DNA of 64,000 bases from Phallusia mammillata (Eukaryota). Position numbers and translations under genes: made by a program. Positions 1 through 39,400 of this stretch are shown piece by piece. Numbering within the stretch: the first letter of the stretch is position 1; the number at the start of each line of letters is the position of its first letter. Below the pieces are notes generated by a model. It was given only the letters and a program-made list of their open reading frames with translations, did not search any database and was not told the DNA's origin. The stretch is from contig OZ281501.1 of assembly GCA_965637545.1 (NCBI GenBank), positions 18,662,001-18,726,000 on the forward strand, in the 5' to 3' direction.

Positions 1-288
1 ACGAGTCATTATATTTGGATATATTAACACAATTTTCTAGGAAAATTTAGACATCGTTAAAAACTTACTCAAATAGAATAAGCTGGAAACAGTCATATTT
101 ATGATTTCTATGCCATCATATTATGTGTTAATTTTTAACCTTTTGGATTTGGCTAGCTTCATAGTAATTTAATTTGAAAGGATTGATTTGTAAAAAAAAC
201 TAAATTAAACGACTGCAGATAGGCGTTAAGGGTACGACGTATTTGTAAAGGTAAAGAAGTGCTCACCCACTGGAAAGACGACGATGCA

Positions 289-474
289 ACATAACATTAC
301 CTGAATAAATAACCTTTTGCTGCCATGCAAAATGTATAAACGAGTATTTCTCTTTCAACAGTTTTTATTATATTTGTCTTGTCATTATCCTGATGAAGAC
401 GTCTTGTATGGAAGACATCGACTATTTATAATAAAACTGTTGGAAGAGCAATACTGATTTACATAACATTACCT
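289..474. mobile_element. Short fold-back element with a hammerhead-like core, flanked by 14-bp direct repeats (Penelope/retrozyme-type relic)
   Basis: ACATAACATTACCT at 289-302 and 461-474; imperfect inverted repeat 343-372/427-455; centre CTGATGA-AGACGTCTT-gtatgg-AAGACATCG-ac. Confidence 0.5.
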
Positions 475-951
475 TGTGCAGAACTTTAAACGCCTTTTCG
501 CGCTTTGGAAAACTTGAGTGGTAATGTGTGAACTCGAAGCTACTACGGATTTCACAGTAATCCACTTGTAACATTCAACCATTACCAGCTGGTAAACGCC
601 TTTCCATTAAGTGACATGTCCGTCTCATAGGTCAGGACATTCCGTTGGTTGATCTGAGTCAGGTTTCACTTCCGGGATTTACCAGAAAATCGCAAATCAT
701 CACGTTTGTGGCCACAAAAATATTTTTGGATTCAAATTATACGAAAATCAGTTAATTAAAACTTCTCAAGACTTTGAATACCATGACTATTTTTGGCTAT
801 ATTTTCGCACTTGTATAATTTATTACTTTTTTAAGAATATAGTTGTTTATTTTTTACACTAAGCTTATATTAACGTTTTTTTTAATATCATGTACCATGG
901 GTATTAAAAATTTGTGAGGATTAAATTTTGAACCAGATTGAATAAAAAAGC

Positions 952-978
952 TTCCTTAACGTTAATTCGTGTCAGCAC
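952..978 (+). other. 3' end of a U12-type AT-AC intron (branch point TTCCTTAAC 952-960, terminal AC 977-978)
   Basis: Exact U12 branch consensus 18 nt before an AC that puts the DI S1 exon in frame (G CTT TTC AAC = LFN). The 5' splice site is outside the window. Confidence 0.8.
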
Positions 979-28082
<27,104 letters not shown>

Positions 28083-28554
28083 CCCGCGGGACGGGAAACA
28101 GCATGCATTAAGCTTATGTTGGATCGGTCGCGGGTTTTTCAGATCCCTGGCACAAAGTAGGGCGATTTCGGATGCCAGCAGCAGCAACGGCGGCGATTCG
28201 GACGATGGTTTCCGGCGCAAAACCGACTGTTTCCTTGTGAGAATGTATTACTTGTAAGATTTCTCGTGCTCGTCAATATCCTTGTGTATTTCAGCGAACA
28301 AAAAGTTTCAAATTATTGATCAACAACATGTTTCTGCCACCACCAGATCAATGCAGTCCACTGCAATGAACAATGTTTCCCCCTAACCTAAAGCCCGCGA
28401 TCAAAATACTTGCAATGTTCACTCGGCTCGGTCGGTGCAACACCTACCGGCCAAATCTTGTTGTTTTTTCTTCGCTCTGATGACGTATCCCATTCAGTGT
28501 TGGTAACTCTTGTACAAAAACAGATTGATATTATTCCTGTGTCTTAATTGAGCG

Positions 28555-28560
28555 AATAAA
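28555..28560 (+). terminator. Candidate Nav1 polyadenylation signal AATAAA
   Basis: First AATAAA seen downstream of the stop at 28082. Confidence 0.45.
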
Positions 28561-28620
28561 TACTCATACTCGTGACAAACTCCTATCTGATGTATTCCTG
28601 TCTACACACAACGTACACTG

Positions 28621-28780
28621 AGGACCACTGTGAGCAACATTAGATGTACACGCTGTGGCCACACACAAGTTTATGTGCAGCATAGATTTTCATGTGTCTG
28701 GGCAAACACACAAGCTCCCTGAAAACACGGAGGACCACTGTGAGCAACATTAGATGCTGTGGCCACACACCAGTTCATGG
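28621..28780. repeat. Direct duplication of about 50 bp between the Nav1 and EXOC2 3' ends
   Basis: AGGACCACTGTGAGCAACATTAGATG...CTGTGGCCACACAC at about 28621 and 28731. Confidence 0.85.
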
Positions 28781-29064
28781 ACTACATATATTTCCCTTAT
28801 CTTCCCACAAACAACATAGCATATGACTTTTTTATAACGTTTTCTTGTCTTGATATTTAAATTTTAAAACTGTAGCTCAGCGAGGGTAATTAGTTTTTCC
28901 TAACAGAGCTTAGTGGCAGAGACATATGCCTACTTGAAGCTAGAAACACTGCAACATATATAACTTGCAAACTTTGTATTGCACGAGTAAATAATGCCAC
29001 ACAATATTTCGGTGTATGCGGCAGCGAATAATCTTGCAACAGCCGGGTTATATCTATTATTTCT

Positions 29065-32000
29065 TCATCCTACTGCTTCTAATGATCTGAGCTGGAACAA
29101 AAGTCGACTCTTGAACCTGACAATGAGTTCATCCAGAGTTCTGAAACAAATCAATATTTGTTGGGAAATGTTAAACATGAAATCACGTTGTATAAGTTGT
29201 TACCTTCGCTCCAAACTGTTCGTTAACTGCGGCAGAATCGCTAGAGCCGCAGAAAAACTCTTGCTGAAAAGTAAAGAGAAAGTTAAAATACACAAATAAG
29301 CTACTAGACCAGTGGTTCTTAACCTTTTTGGTGTGGTTTCCCACTAAAGTAAATCACCAAGTTCGAATTCCCCCCTCTGTTATTTTTATAATGATGTTTT
29401 GTGCCCAACATTAACAAAAAAAATATTCTTCAATCGAAATAATTGAAGCGAAGCGATTTGGTAAAGGTATACTGCAATCTTATTGAGTTTGAATAGTTAT
29501 TTCATGAGAAAGTAAAATCGTGGGGAATTTTGAAAAATCTCATATGCTTGCGTTAGTCATTTATTGCATCACAATCAACAGATCAAATGCATATATTCGC
29601 GAACAATAACAAAGTCATTGATACTTTTAGTAATTTCTGTGACGTAACAAACGATTTTTGAATTTTTATGCGCCCTGTAAAACTAGGTGATCTTAATCTT
29701 ACATGTTGTTGCGGAAAATATTGTATTAAATTAATTTTCAACGGTTAATTTCAACCCACGGGCCCGAGTTTGGTGACTTCTGACTCACATTATTTCCCTC
29801 TAAAATCATTAAATTTCCCACTAGTGGGAAATTTCCCACCGGTTAAGAACCACTGTACTAGACTAAAGCAATTGCATTTTCTGCAAATTTATGATCTAAT
29901 CTGTTGCATTTACTACCATACCTATAACCTACTTTTCAACACCAGCCGAACGTATCCTAAAAAGTACGAACGGCCAGAGGATTTGTAGATTAAAAATATA
30001 TTCGATTTAAAACGTTTAGCAAGCTGAAAACCCATAAAAACCCGAATAGTGAAAACTAAACAATGATTTTTTCGAAATTAGAAACAGGTTTTTCAATGAC
30101 TTTGTTTCACAAGATATGCAGGAACGACAACTTATTTTAGCAAATTATTTGTTTGTTTAACTTACTCGGAGTCGCGTGTTGCGAAGGAAACGGTGGCTTG
30201 TTGTATTGTTTCTATGTCGAGGCGCGCCTGCAGCGAACCGTTCACACCGATTCGCGTAACGCACTCCACCAGGCGGAGCAGCTCGTCGGCAACAGCTTGA
30301 ATTACGTCGGTCATTACCCTGACAACGAGCGCCGGGCAAATTGAGTAAACCTGAAAAAAAAAACATATGTCAAATTACAGTGTCGACGCCCTTTTGAAAA
30401 AAATCGTGGATTAACGGTTGTGCAATAAATGTTTGTTACTACGCGATATTTTTGGCCAAGTCGTTTATAGATACTTTAGCATAATGACCCATTGCCAAAT
30501 TAGTTCATACCTCTGAATGAATTGTAATGATTGACATCAACGCTGTTTTGATGTAGGGACGGACATCTGAAACATAAACACAGCTTAAAAATTACTGCTC
30601 TAAATAAAACCAAAGCCACTATAGATAGCTTGAGATTTCTGAGCGCAGTAGCGTCCCCTACCAGATGGTTTAAGGCAATTATTCCAGTCGAAATTGCCCG
30701 CGTACATTCCTGGCTCCAGAGCGCCCGTCAGCGGTTCCACGCGATGTTCCAAGTAGGCGTCAAACAGTTTCTTGTCCAACTCAGCTGTAGCTGATTCACA
30801 AGTCTGAAGGAAAAGCAATGTATGTAACTTGGATATATGACTTTTCCAATGGAATGTTTCACTATTAACAGTTTTGGTTCTAAGCTTATCCAGGAACCTC
30901 TGAGATCATGTCAGAAAAAGACAATATTTTTTAGAAGAAATTCATGTTTTGTTTTTACAGGGTATGTACATCCTGCATAAAAGTCAAATAGAAACCGCAA
31001 AACGGTCAGGATTCTAGAAAGCTTATGTTCATGCATTCGCTTAACTAGAATAGAGAACTATTTTGCCAAACAGCCTGTTAAACCTCATATGAATGAAAAC
31101 CAGCTTACTTATTTCCAACAGCCTTATATTGTAAACAAAAGCTATCCCAACCTGTTCGGTGACCTCCACATTAGGAAAGTCAAGTTCCTTAAATTGTTGC
31201 AATAATGGAGCGATCAGATTGGTTGTTGTGTGAAAAAGATTGCTGATGCCAATTATCAGTCGCTGTTCCTGCAAGAAAATATGTGTTATTTTTATATGTT
31301 TAAAGTAACAAAGATATGCCTTCTTACTAATGGAGGTGGCGTTTCAGATGCAAGTTTGCCGGTATCAGGTTCAATTTCATCCAGAAATGAAGCTCGCTCA
31401 ATACAAGAAGTAAAAACCTGCGCAGACAATAATTTCATGTTGACAAGTTGTTGTGACAAGCACGAGTTTTCAGCTTTTTTGCCAGAGAACATTTTTTTTA
31501 AATAACGTTTAATTCTAATGTAATATTACAACATAGAGTTTCTCGAACAAGCAAGACTAATGAATTCGACATTTATGACACAATTTACAACTATAAAACA
31601 GTTTTTTGGTGTGTGGAAGCTGTTAAAAAACTGACAAGTAGGGAAAAAGTTTGGGAAATTTTGTTAGAGATGAAACAAGAGACTGTGAAAATCAGATCCG
31701 CAAGAATTTTTAACAACGACATATAAAGCACAATTTCTCACCAGAAACAGGTTTGTGAGCAATTGTGAAATTCTGCTTTGCACAGCAAGTCTCGCAAACA
31801 CAGGTTCTTCTCCTGGAAGGGATTGTAGTAAATCTCGAACAACTGCCAACAATTCCTGAACCAGTGTGTTGAACTGTGATGGCTGGAAGACAATAAATGT
31901 TGTAAACTACTGGTAGAAACAACCTTGAAACTACGAAGATTCAACAGAAAGCAGGCCTGTTTTTTAATATTTGTCTATTGATATTATATCGTTTTGGGCC

Positions 32001-35000
32001 ATGGACCACCGGCCCAGTAAAAACAATATCATGGACCATTTCATTTTTGGCAAGATCGAAGTACGCATACAAAACAACCATTTGGGCTTGAATTATAATT
32101 CTGTAAAACCGATTTTCAAGAAGTGAGATACAATTGTTAACAGCTAACATTTTGATGCTCTTTCAACATGTAAAATGCAATCATTTCTAGTCCATTACTA
32201 AATTTAGTGGACATCCTGTGGACCACCCAATATGTCATCATGGACCACAGTTGAGTACTACTGTTATAAGAGCTCTGTTTATCATGAAAGAAATCCTCCC
32301 CAAAAATCATTGACTGTCTGTTTAGTTGAATAGTTTTGTGCAATTGTTAGTCTAATAGACTAAAAAAGTTTCTTGTGTCAGCATTAGTAAAATATTCTGG
32401 TACAGAACAGTGCTGTTGGCATTGATATTAGAAACAGCAACACTATCCTTAGTATGTTTAATTACCAGTTGTGTAACTCCCTTGTTGCTGACTTTCCAAT
32501 CTTCCTTTAATCTCAATGCACGGACATCTGCAACACAGTTAAAACCTGCCTCAAACTTTTTTTTAATTGTGGATCACTTCAGCAAGTTTCAAGGCTATGC
32601 ATTTTCACTAATGCAGTAAGGTTCAAACATGTTTTGAGTAATCATAGATCAACCTAATTAGTTTAGGAAAAATGTACTTGCCAAACAATTACCTTCCATT
32701 GCCTCGCTAAGGAATGTGCTGAGTGATAACACTCGCATGTCATGAATAACATCTTTAAGAGATTGTAAAGTTCCGTGAGGCAAACTCAACTGGGACAGTT
32801 CACTAAGTGCTTGTCTGTTAAAACAAAAACAAAAAACTCTGGAGTGTAAAAATATATATTGACAGTATATACAAAAAACTTATTGTTTTTGTTACGGGGT
32901 CAGTGACCTGAATTATAGCTTGGCGACTTACGGCTAGCTGTATTGGGTAACGATTTTTCTTTGGGAATCAAAACAACCAAATCAGAATTAAAACGCAACT
33001 ATTTTACAAGAGCTGATGTACCTGAAACTTAAATTATTACAATCAACAGTAAAGTTAGAAAAGCTTGCGAAATGGGCTTATGTTAAAACTAAATTAAAAG
33101 TTTTTGGTTGAAACTCACCTCACAGATCTGACACAATCGGATAGAACTGTAGCAGGTAGAGGGATTTCTCCTGGCCAGACTCCGTACGATTCTCTTTCGT
33201 TGATGTCCTCTTCGTCTTCTTCCTCTACATGGAGCGTTGCTGGGAGGAATGCAGCTCGGAGCAAGTTCACAAACAGGATCACTGTGTCCCGGAGCAAACT
33301 CTGCATCATAAGAGGATGTTACATCACCATCTGTGGCAACAGTCATTGTGAAAAGCAACAAAAACAAGGCTGTTTAATACATTTGCCAGAAGAGCTCTAT
33401 AAACTTGTTTAATATCGTGCTTGTTACTTCAGGGAAAATAAAGTTTTGACCTCAATCTTGGTTACAAGCATTTTTTCCTTAGGCAATATTGTGTACTAAG
33501 TACACATCCTTTGGCATATGCATGCAAATGACAAACCACTTGCACAACAAAAACAAGGCTGAATAAATGTGCAGTTTATTCTATTTGTCACATTAGTTCT
33601 GAGAAATATATAGGGTTTTAAACTGCATTCCTGTTTTCAAGCATTTTACTATTCAGGCAATATTGTGTGCTAAAATGTTATCTTATGGAATAGGTGGCAA
33701 AAATGGCAAACCACTTGCATAGAATTTGCAGAAATTCTATGCACCTACAAAATTGAACCCAACCTTCATCTGTTTGTAATTCTTTGATGCAGCTTCCTTT
33801 AGCTTTTCCACATCTGACGACTTTTCACCAGTCTCACTCAGGATAACTCCCGTCGAGTAATGTTTCCATAAATGCCAGTGCTCAGGAATTTGGCTCACTG
33901 CAATGTTTGTAAGCTCCTGCAAAAACAAGAGAGTTGTTAATTTTAGGACATATTACTTAGTAATAAGTTCAAGTGTCATACATGTCATACATCGTTATTT
34001 CACTAAAAGTCCATCTGTAAAATATGCCTGAACTTAGCCTCCTGGGATTTTACAAGGTTTTAAGATTCTTTAACAAACTTTTTTTACACATTTCAATAGA
34101 TAAAGTACAGTTTTCCAATATTTTGTGAATCTATTAGAAATTTATAATACCTGAAGATATTGTTCACAAACTTGAACCTTTCCTTGTTCATCATTTTCGT
34201 TGGCACATTTTGAAGCTGTGAGAAGTAGATAAATTTAGTCTAGTTGTAATCACAAGATGCCGGTGTCAATAAAATACAAGGGCTAATAACACTAAATCAT
34301 AAAGGCAGTACTGTTCTGCAAAACACAGAAAATAATACCTTGTTCAAGATATTTGTCCTTGCATTTTAGCATTGTCTCTTGAATCCATCCATGCTGATGG
34401 ACGAGACATTCCCAGGCAGGATCTCCTACATCGCCAAGTCCGAGGAGATATCGAATCAACATTTTTTGTTTTGTAAGCGGAGCAGGAAGTTCTTGCACCT
34501 CTTGTTTAAGCTGGACCCGGAAATTCTCAATGCGATTTTCAACTTCATTGTAAACTGCAAATGATAGAATAAACTTAGAACTGAATTGTTTACATATAAG
34601 TACAGCAGACGGAGACAACAGTTACATATAATAACGGACTGACATATAGTAACAGATTGTTTACATGCATATGTAAGGCTTATGAACTTCACCTCTTTTA
34701 AAAACCCCAACATCTGTGTCAGAAAACAATGATTTTGCTTTCTCGTAGTCATTTATAACAACCCCATAATCTCCTTTTTGTATGTTCCTTTCAATGCTCA
34801 ATGGCAGGTTGAACAGAAACTGTAAAATCAATTTTATGGTGACAAAAAATATGCAACCGAGTTGTTTAAAACATTACTTTAAATCGCTGAAGAACATTCA
34901 GAGTATTTCTAATTGAATCAGCACGGTCTTTGGATTGCAGAACAGTATCAAACAGTTCACTTGCTTTTTCACTAGCCTCTGTTAAAGAAAAGCCATTAAT

Positions 35001-36404
35001 TTCTATACTGTCATATTAAACAAAAAACAACCACCAACCATTCAATGTGGCTTCCAGTTTATCTGTAATATTCCCATTACTACCACCAATGTCGTCCTTC
35101 AACATTTTGTGATGAATGTCTGTAATTAAATAAATGCTGACAGTTAAAATACTTGTACACAGTAACCACATGTTTCAGTATTGATGACATACTTGAAAGG
35201 GTTTCATGCACTTCAAAAAAGACTGGTAAACTGTCTTTAACATGATTTAGCGGAGCATTGTTGGTGTTTCGGTTTGCTTTTCTCTTCATGTATGCATGAC
35301 CATCCTAAAATGGTCCAAAAGTTTAACACTTTAACACAGAAATATATTTGTATGTTATTTAGTATTTTTACCTTTAGTTTGTTGAAGGGTGTATTCTTAT
35401 GACGTTCAAGCAAAAACCATGATGGCACAAAGTTTTCATCTGTTGGATCAGGGCTCCCTTTCACAAACATTTCAGCCAACTGCATGTGGGCTTGTGTTTT
35501 GTTTCTGTAAAATACATAGAAGCTCATAGGAATGGAAATCTGCAGTTACAAGCAAAAGCAAAGCCCTCACCAACATTTTCAAAACACAACTGCCATAATG
35601 GTTGCCTATGTACTTTGAAACAATGAAAATAACAACCTAAATAGATCTGATATCACTGCAGTTGGAATGAGCATTTGCCGATGTTTCAGCAATAAAGCCA
35701 GTCGCTTTTTACGTTCATTTGGGACATTATAACACAAATAAATAAATACCCCAAGTCCTCAGAGTTCAAACCGAGTGGATCAGTCCTAAGAGACAGCGTA
35801 GCAGTTTTCTGTGTCCGATCCAATCTCTGATCAACATATTCAGTCTCATCTACCCATACAGGAGAACTTTCAAGGGGACCTTGACCATAATGTTTATTTT
35901 CGATGTTTTACTTTATGTTTTGACTATTTGTCATGAATGCTTACCAACTCTTTTGGGTTTTAGTCCAGTAAAATGTACAGTACATGTCCCAGTGCCACCA
36001 CTTCTTGTGATGACAACAATGTCACCTTTTCCCACCCCAGTGGAAGAGCGGCAAATCAATTTTGATGTTGACACCCATTCAACTGTCATTGAACAGTTTC
36101 TTCCACAGATGGCAACACCTGCATTAGATTATATCTTTAAATTCCTTAATTTGGTCAAAACGGATAAATATGAAATCCTTTTTATAGATTAAGGTTTATA
36201 GTTTAGCTGTATTTTTTTTAAGAAGTTTTGTACAAGTCACCAGCTTTTGGAAAACCTTTGTATTCTAAACAACATTGTTTTTTGTCCAGTCTTCTTACCT
36301 ATAATATCATTTTGGTTATTGCCAAGGTTCTCTCCTCGAATAGTTACTCTAGTTCCAGGTGAGCCCTCTTTGGGTGCTATTCCAGTTACAACAGGTGGTG
36401 GCAT
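29065..36404 (-). CDS. EXOC2: Exocyst complex component 2 (Sec5), complete
   Basis: Exons in transcription order: 36299-36404, 35945-36118, 35750-35879, 35372-35504, 35193-35304, 35039-35119, 34878-34978, 34693-34819, 34339-34554, 34151-34215, 33764-33916, 33119-33300, 32693-32814, 32466-32527, 31742-31882, 31328-31417, 31152-31268, 30662-30803, 30511-30566, 30166-30350, 29204-29263, 29065-29140(TGA). N-terminal IPT domain [26 protein letters not shown]; [25 protein letters not shown]; [13 protein letters not shown]; GSLQARLD. Confidence 0.96.
29310..29855. mobile_element. hAT (Charlie-like) MITE, 546 bp, in an EXOC2 intron
   Basis: Perfect TIRs CAGTGGTTCTTAACC / GGTTAAGAACCACTG; perfect 8-bp TSD TACTAGAC at 29302-29309 and 29856-29863. 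Confidence 0.92.
31995..32263. mobile_element. Older copy of the 9995-10180 hAT MITE family
   Basis: About 130 bp aligns by eye to 10025-10157 (GGCCCAGTAAAAA...TTTCAAGAAGTGAGATACAATT); degenerate right TIR GTTGAGTACTACTG at 32250-32263; left end not found. Confidence 0.7.
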
Positions 36405-39400
36405 GATTCTTTTTTACTACGATCTAAACTAAAACCAAAAAAAAGAAACTATTTCTGCTGTACACATTGGTTAAAAATACATACAGTCCCTTTTATGAGG
36501 TGTTGTTTTAGGCGGATAATATTTGCAAGTTCTTTAAACTAAACAATAAATAAATGTCAGCCTAAAATTAAATCTTGCAACGATTTGTGTTTGTCAACAT
36601 TGTAATTTTGCAAATGTTAAAAATAGCCAAAATATCCGTCCCTTAAAAAAAAAATAAAAATTTGAAAGCTGTGAACCGTGACGGAAGTTATAGAACGTTT
36701 TGCAGACAACTTTTTTGTCAGAATTAGTCGTTTGCAGTGTTTGTTAATTTAAGACGTTGACTGCTTTGAAATAAATTTATAGATAGCATCTGAACAGTAG
36801 GATTGTTGTTCTGGTCGCAATCGGTAATGTGTTAGTTTCCAAGTTGGATTTTCCGTTTTTGTAATGCGTTTGCGTTGTTTATAGTTTTAGTTTGTTATTT
36901 GGCCCGTTTACGCTGCAACTTTTTTATGCTTTCAGAAAAGCGAATATATTGCCTCCTAAGGTTTTTAGAACAGCTATTTGTTTTGCTCAGTTAGCCGAAA
37001 CACTAAATTTATTTTTAAGGATATTAATCATTACGGAAACAAAACCTAATGGCTGAACTTTTTTCCAGCTCTACTTTAGGTTGTTTTTAAAAATAAGAGG
37101 TTTATTGGGAAAACTTACTTACCGTTAAAGCAAAGTGATGATGAAAAGAAGTAATAGGTCGACCGTATGCAAGATATAAACAAGATAAAACTGTTCAAGG
37201 CTTTACATCAGTAGCAGGAATAGTTTTGACTGACAATGGCGTGGGTGTGACGTGACAAGCACGACAATAAGCATGTTCAAATTGGCCTTTGTGTACATAA
37301 TGAACCTTAAAATAAAAAATAGCTTGTTAAAACGTGTCCAAAAAATGCGCATGATGTTTTTGGCAATACTTTAAAATGATATCTTTAGGCAGTATTAAGT
37401 AAACATATTGAGTAAAGCTCAAATATATGTTGGGTAACATGCTTTTGTGGTTTGAACAAGACTTTTGCCTATTCCGCTGCTGGCCGCAAGCTTTGAATTG
37501 CCCCGCGCAATTTTTGAAATTGTAATTATCTTGGTATTTAAGAGGCAAGGAGTATTTTTTGCTTGGGGCTTAAGGTCGTTTAAAAACCATATCAGGTTAC
37601 ACAGTCGTAATTAGAACAGTGTGTGAATGAAAACAAAGTCAGAAACTTGGATTTAGGAACTTACGTGATGGACAGTGTGTTTTTGAGGTAAAAGATTCTT
37701 TTGCATCTTTGTTGCAGTGTAAGCCATCTAATATTGTAGAAATTGGAAAGTTTACATTTTGTTTGTGTATATGTAGCCTATGCTTTGCCACCAGCCTTTG
37801 ATTGCAGGCTAGCTCTTATATGTAACTTATTTGTTTGCTGAGCAAGAAAAGCTGGCTCTGACTTTTTGCTCACATTGTTTAAAACCTGGAATAGTCTGCC
37901 TTATTTGTTTGCAGTTTGACAATATGTACATCGCTTTTACGAGGCGTCGTTTTCCTAGTTTTTTTTGCATATCATGTGCAATTTATTTTGTTTCAAGGCT
38001 GAACGACAAATCTGATGTAAATATTTATTTTCTTGTGCTATTTTAATCGTAAGTATGGCCGCAATAGGTTTGTTGATAGGCTACATGTAAACATGCTGCA
38101 GCTTCCACCCAGGAAAGTTGGTTCATTAAAAAAAACTCATAATTGTCGCTTGTTTTGCAGAATCAGCGAAAGATCCAGGAAGCGATTTCGGACAGAGTTT
38201 AAAGTTTCATCACCAGGGACTCAAGGTACGATTATGTTGTTTGGATTTCCGTCATCACGAGCCTGCTAAAAACATGTCAAAAAATTTACGCCTAATTACG
38301 CGCTGAACCAAAAACGTGTGGCTCAATGACGTTATCACTAACTTAAAACAGGACTCACATTGGAATTTTCGTGGCCAATACTGCTTCAAGGGAGATGATT
38401 ATCTTTGACAAGAGTTTTTTTTTGTGTTACGATCGGATTGAGTCCGTAAGTTTCCCAAAAAAACAAGAAAATGTTCTTTGTCGTTTGCCAAGGGTTGTGT
38501 GACGAATTGTGCGAGCAAAAATGCTGATAATAGCAGCTGATTTGCGTGCGAAGAAGCCTGTGGGCTGACAAACAACCTGATAACTAGGTCAGAATGTAGG
38601 CCATATTTAGTAATCATAGTCTACATAAGTTTACACTTGGCAGGTTTCACAGTTGTTGTTATTAAGGATGACATCGACATGATTGTGAAGCACAGATGTA
38701 CTACCTAAAACCTAGCACTAGTTTAAACATCTACACTGGCAGTAAAATCAATTTTTTTCAGGAATACTGTGCTAAAAACTATTTGTGCTGTATAAATAAA
38801 TTGCGTACGTGCAGCTTTGTGGTATATTATCTGTCGTGGAGCTCTGCACTTGGCGGCGCTGTATTGGACATTTTTTACGCGCCAAATCGATAAACTATAT
38901 CTTTTCTCCCACGGTTTGGCGTATGTTGATTGTTCGCCGGTGGCATATGGAATCCGCGGTATGGCACTCGTGATTTTTGTGACGTATCATTAGATTTAAT
39001 CGCCCAACAGGATGACCGTTATCTCTCCTCATTAGCTTGGTAATGTTTGATTACTTAACACACAGAAAGTCGTGTCTTTGCGGGATTCTCTCGTTGTCAG
39101 GTTCCCGTCAGCTGCAGGTTATGATTGAAGTTATCTCTTGATCATGTGCGTTTCCAAAACACACGTCATAGTGTATCACTGTTTTTAGTAGGGGACTTCC
39201 CGAATTTGGTGTTGTGTAGGTATCTGAAGTGTTCGAGATATTTTTCACATATGATTGAGATCTTAGGGTTGAGAATCACAAACTCTGCCACTGTAAGGCT
39301 CGCAATATGACATAAAATATGATGTACTTATATAAACAGTCTTGGCCGTGAATAGGACTGTATTTTTGTTCCCGATATGTTAAATACATAAAAAAATAAA

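Noticed and set aside
38161-38225. Plus-strand exon-like segment (ttttgcag ... gtacga)
   Set aside because: Good splice signals but no partner exons or recognisable product; may belong to a non-coding transcript. Not supported as a CDS.
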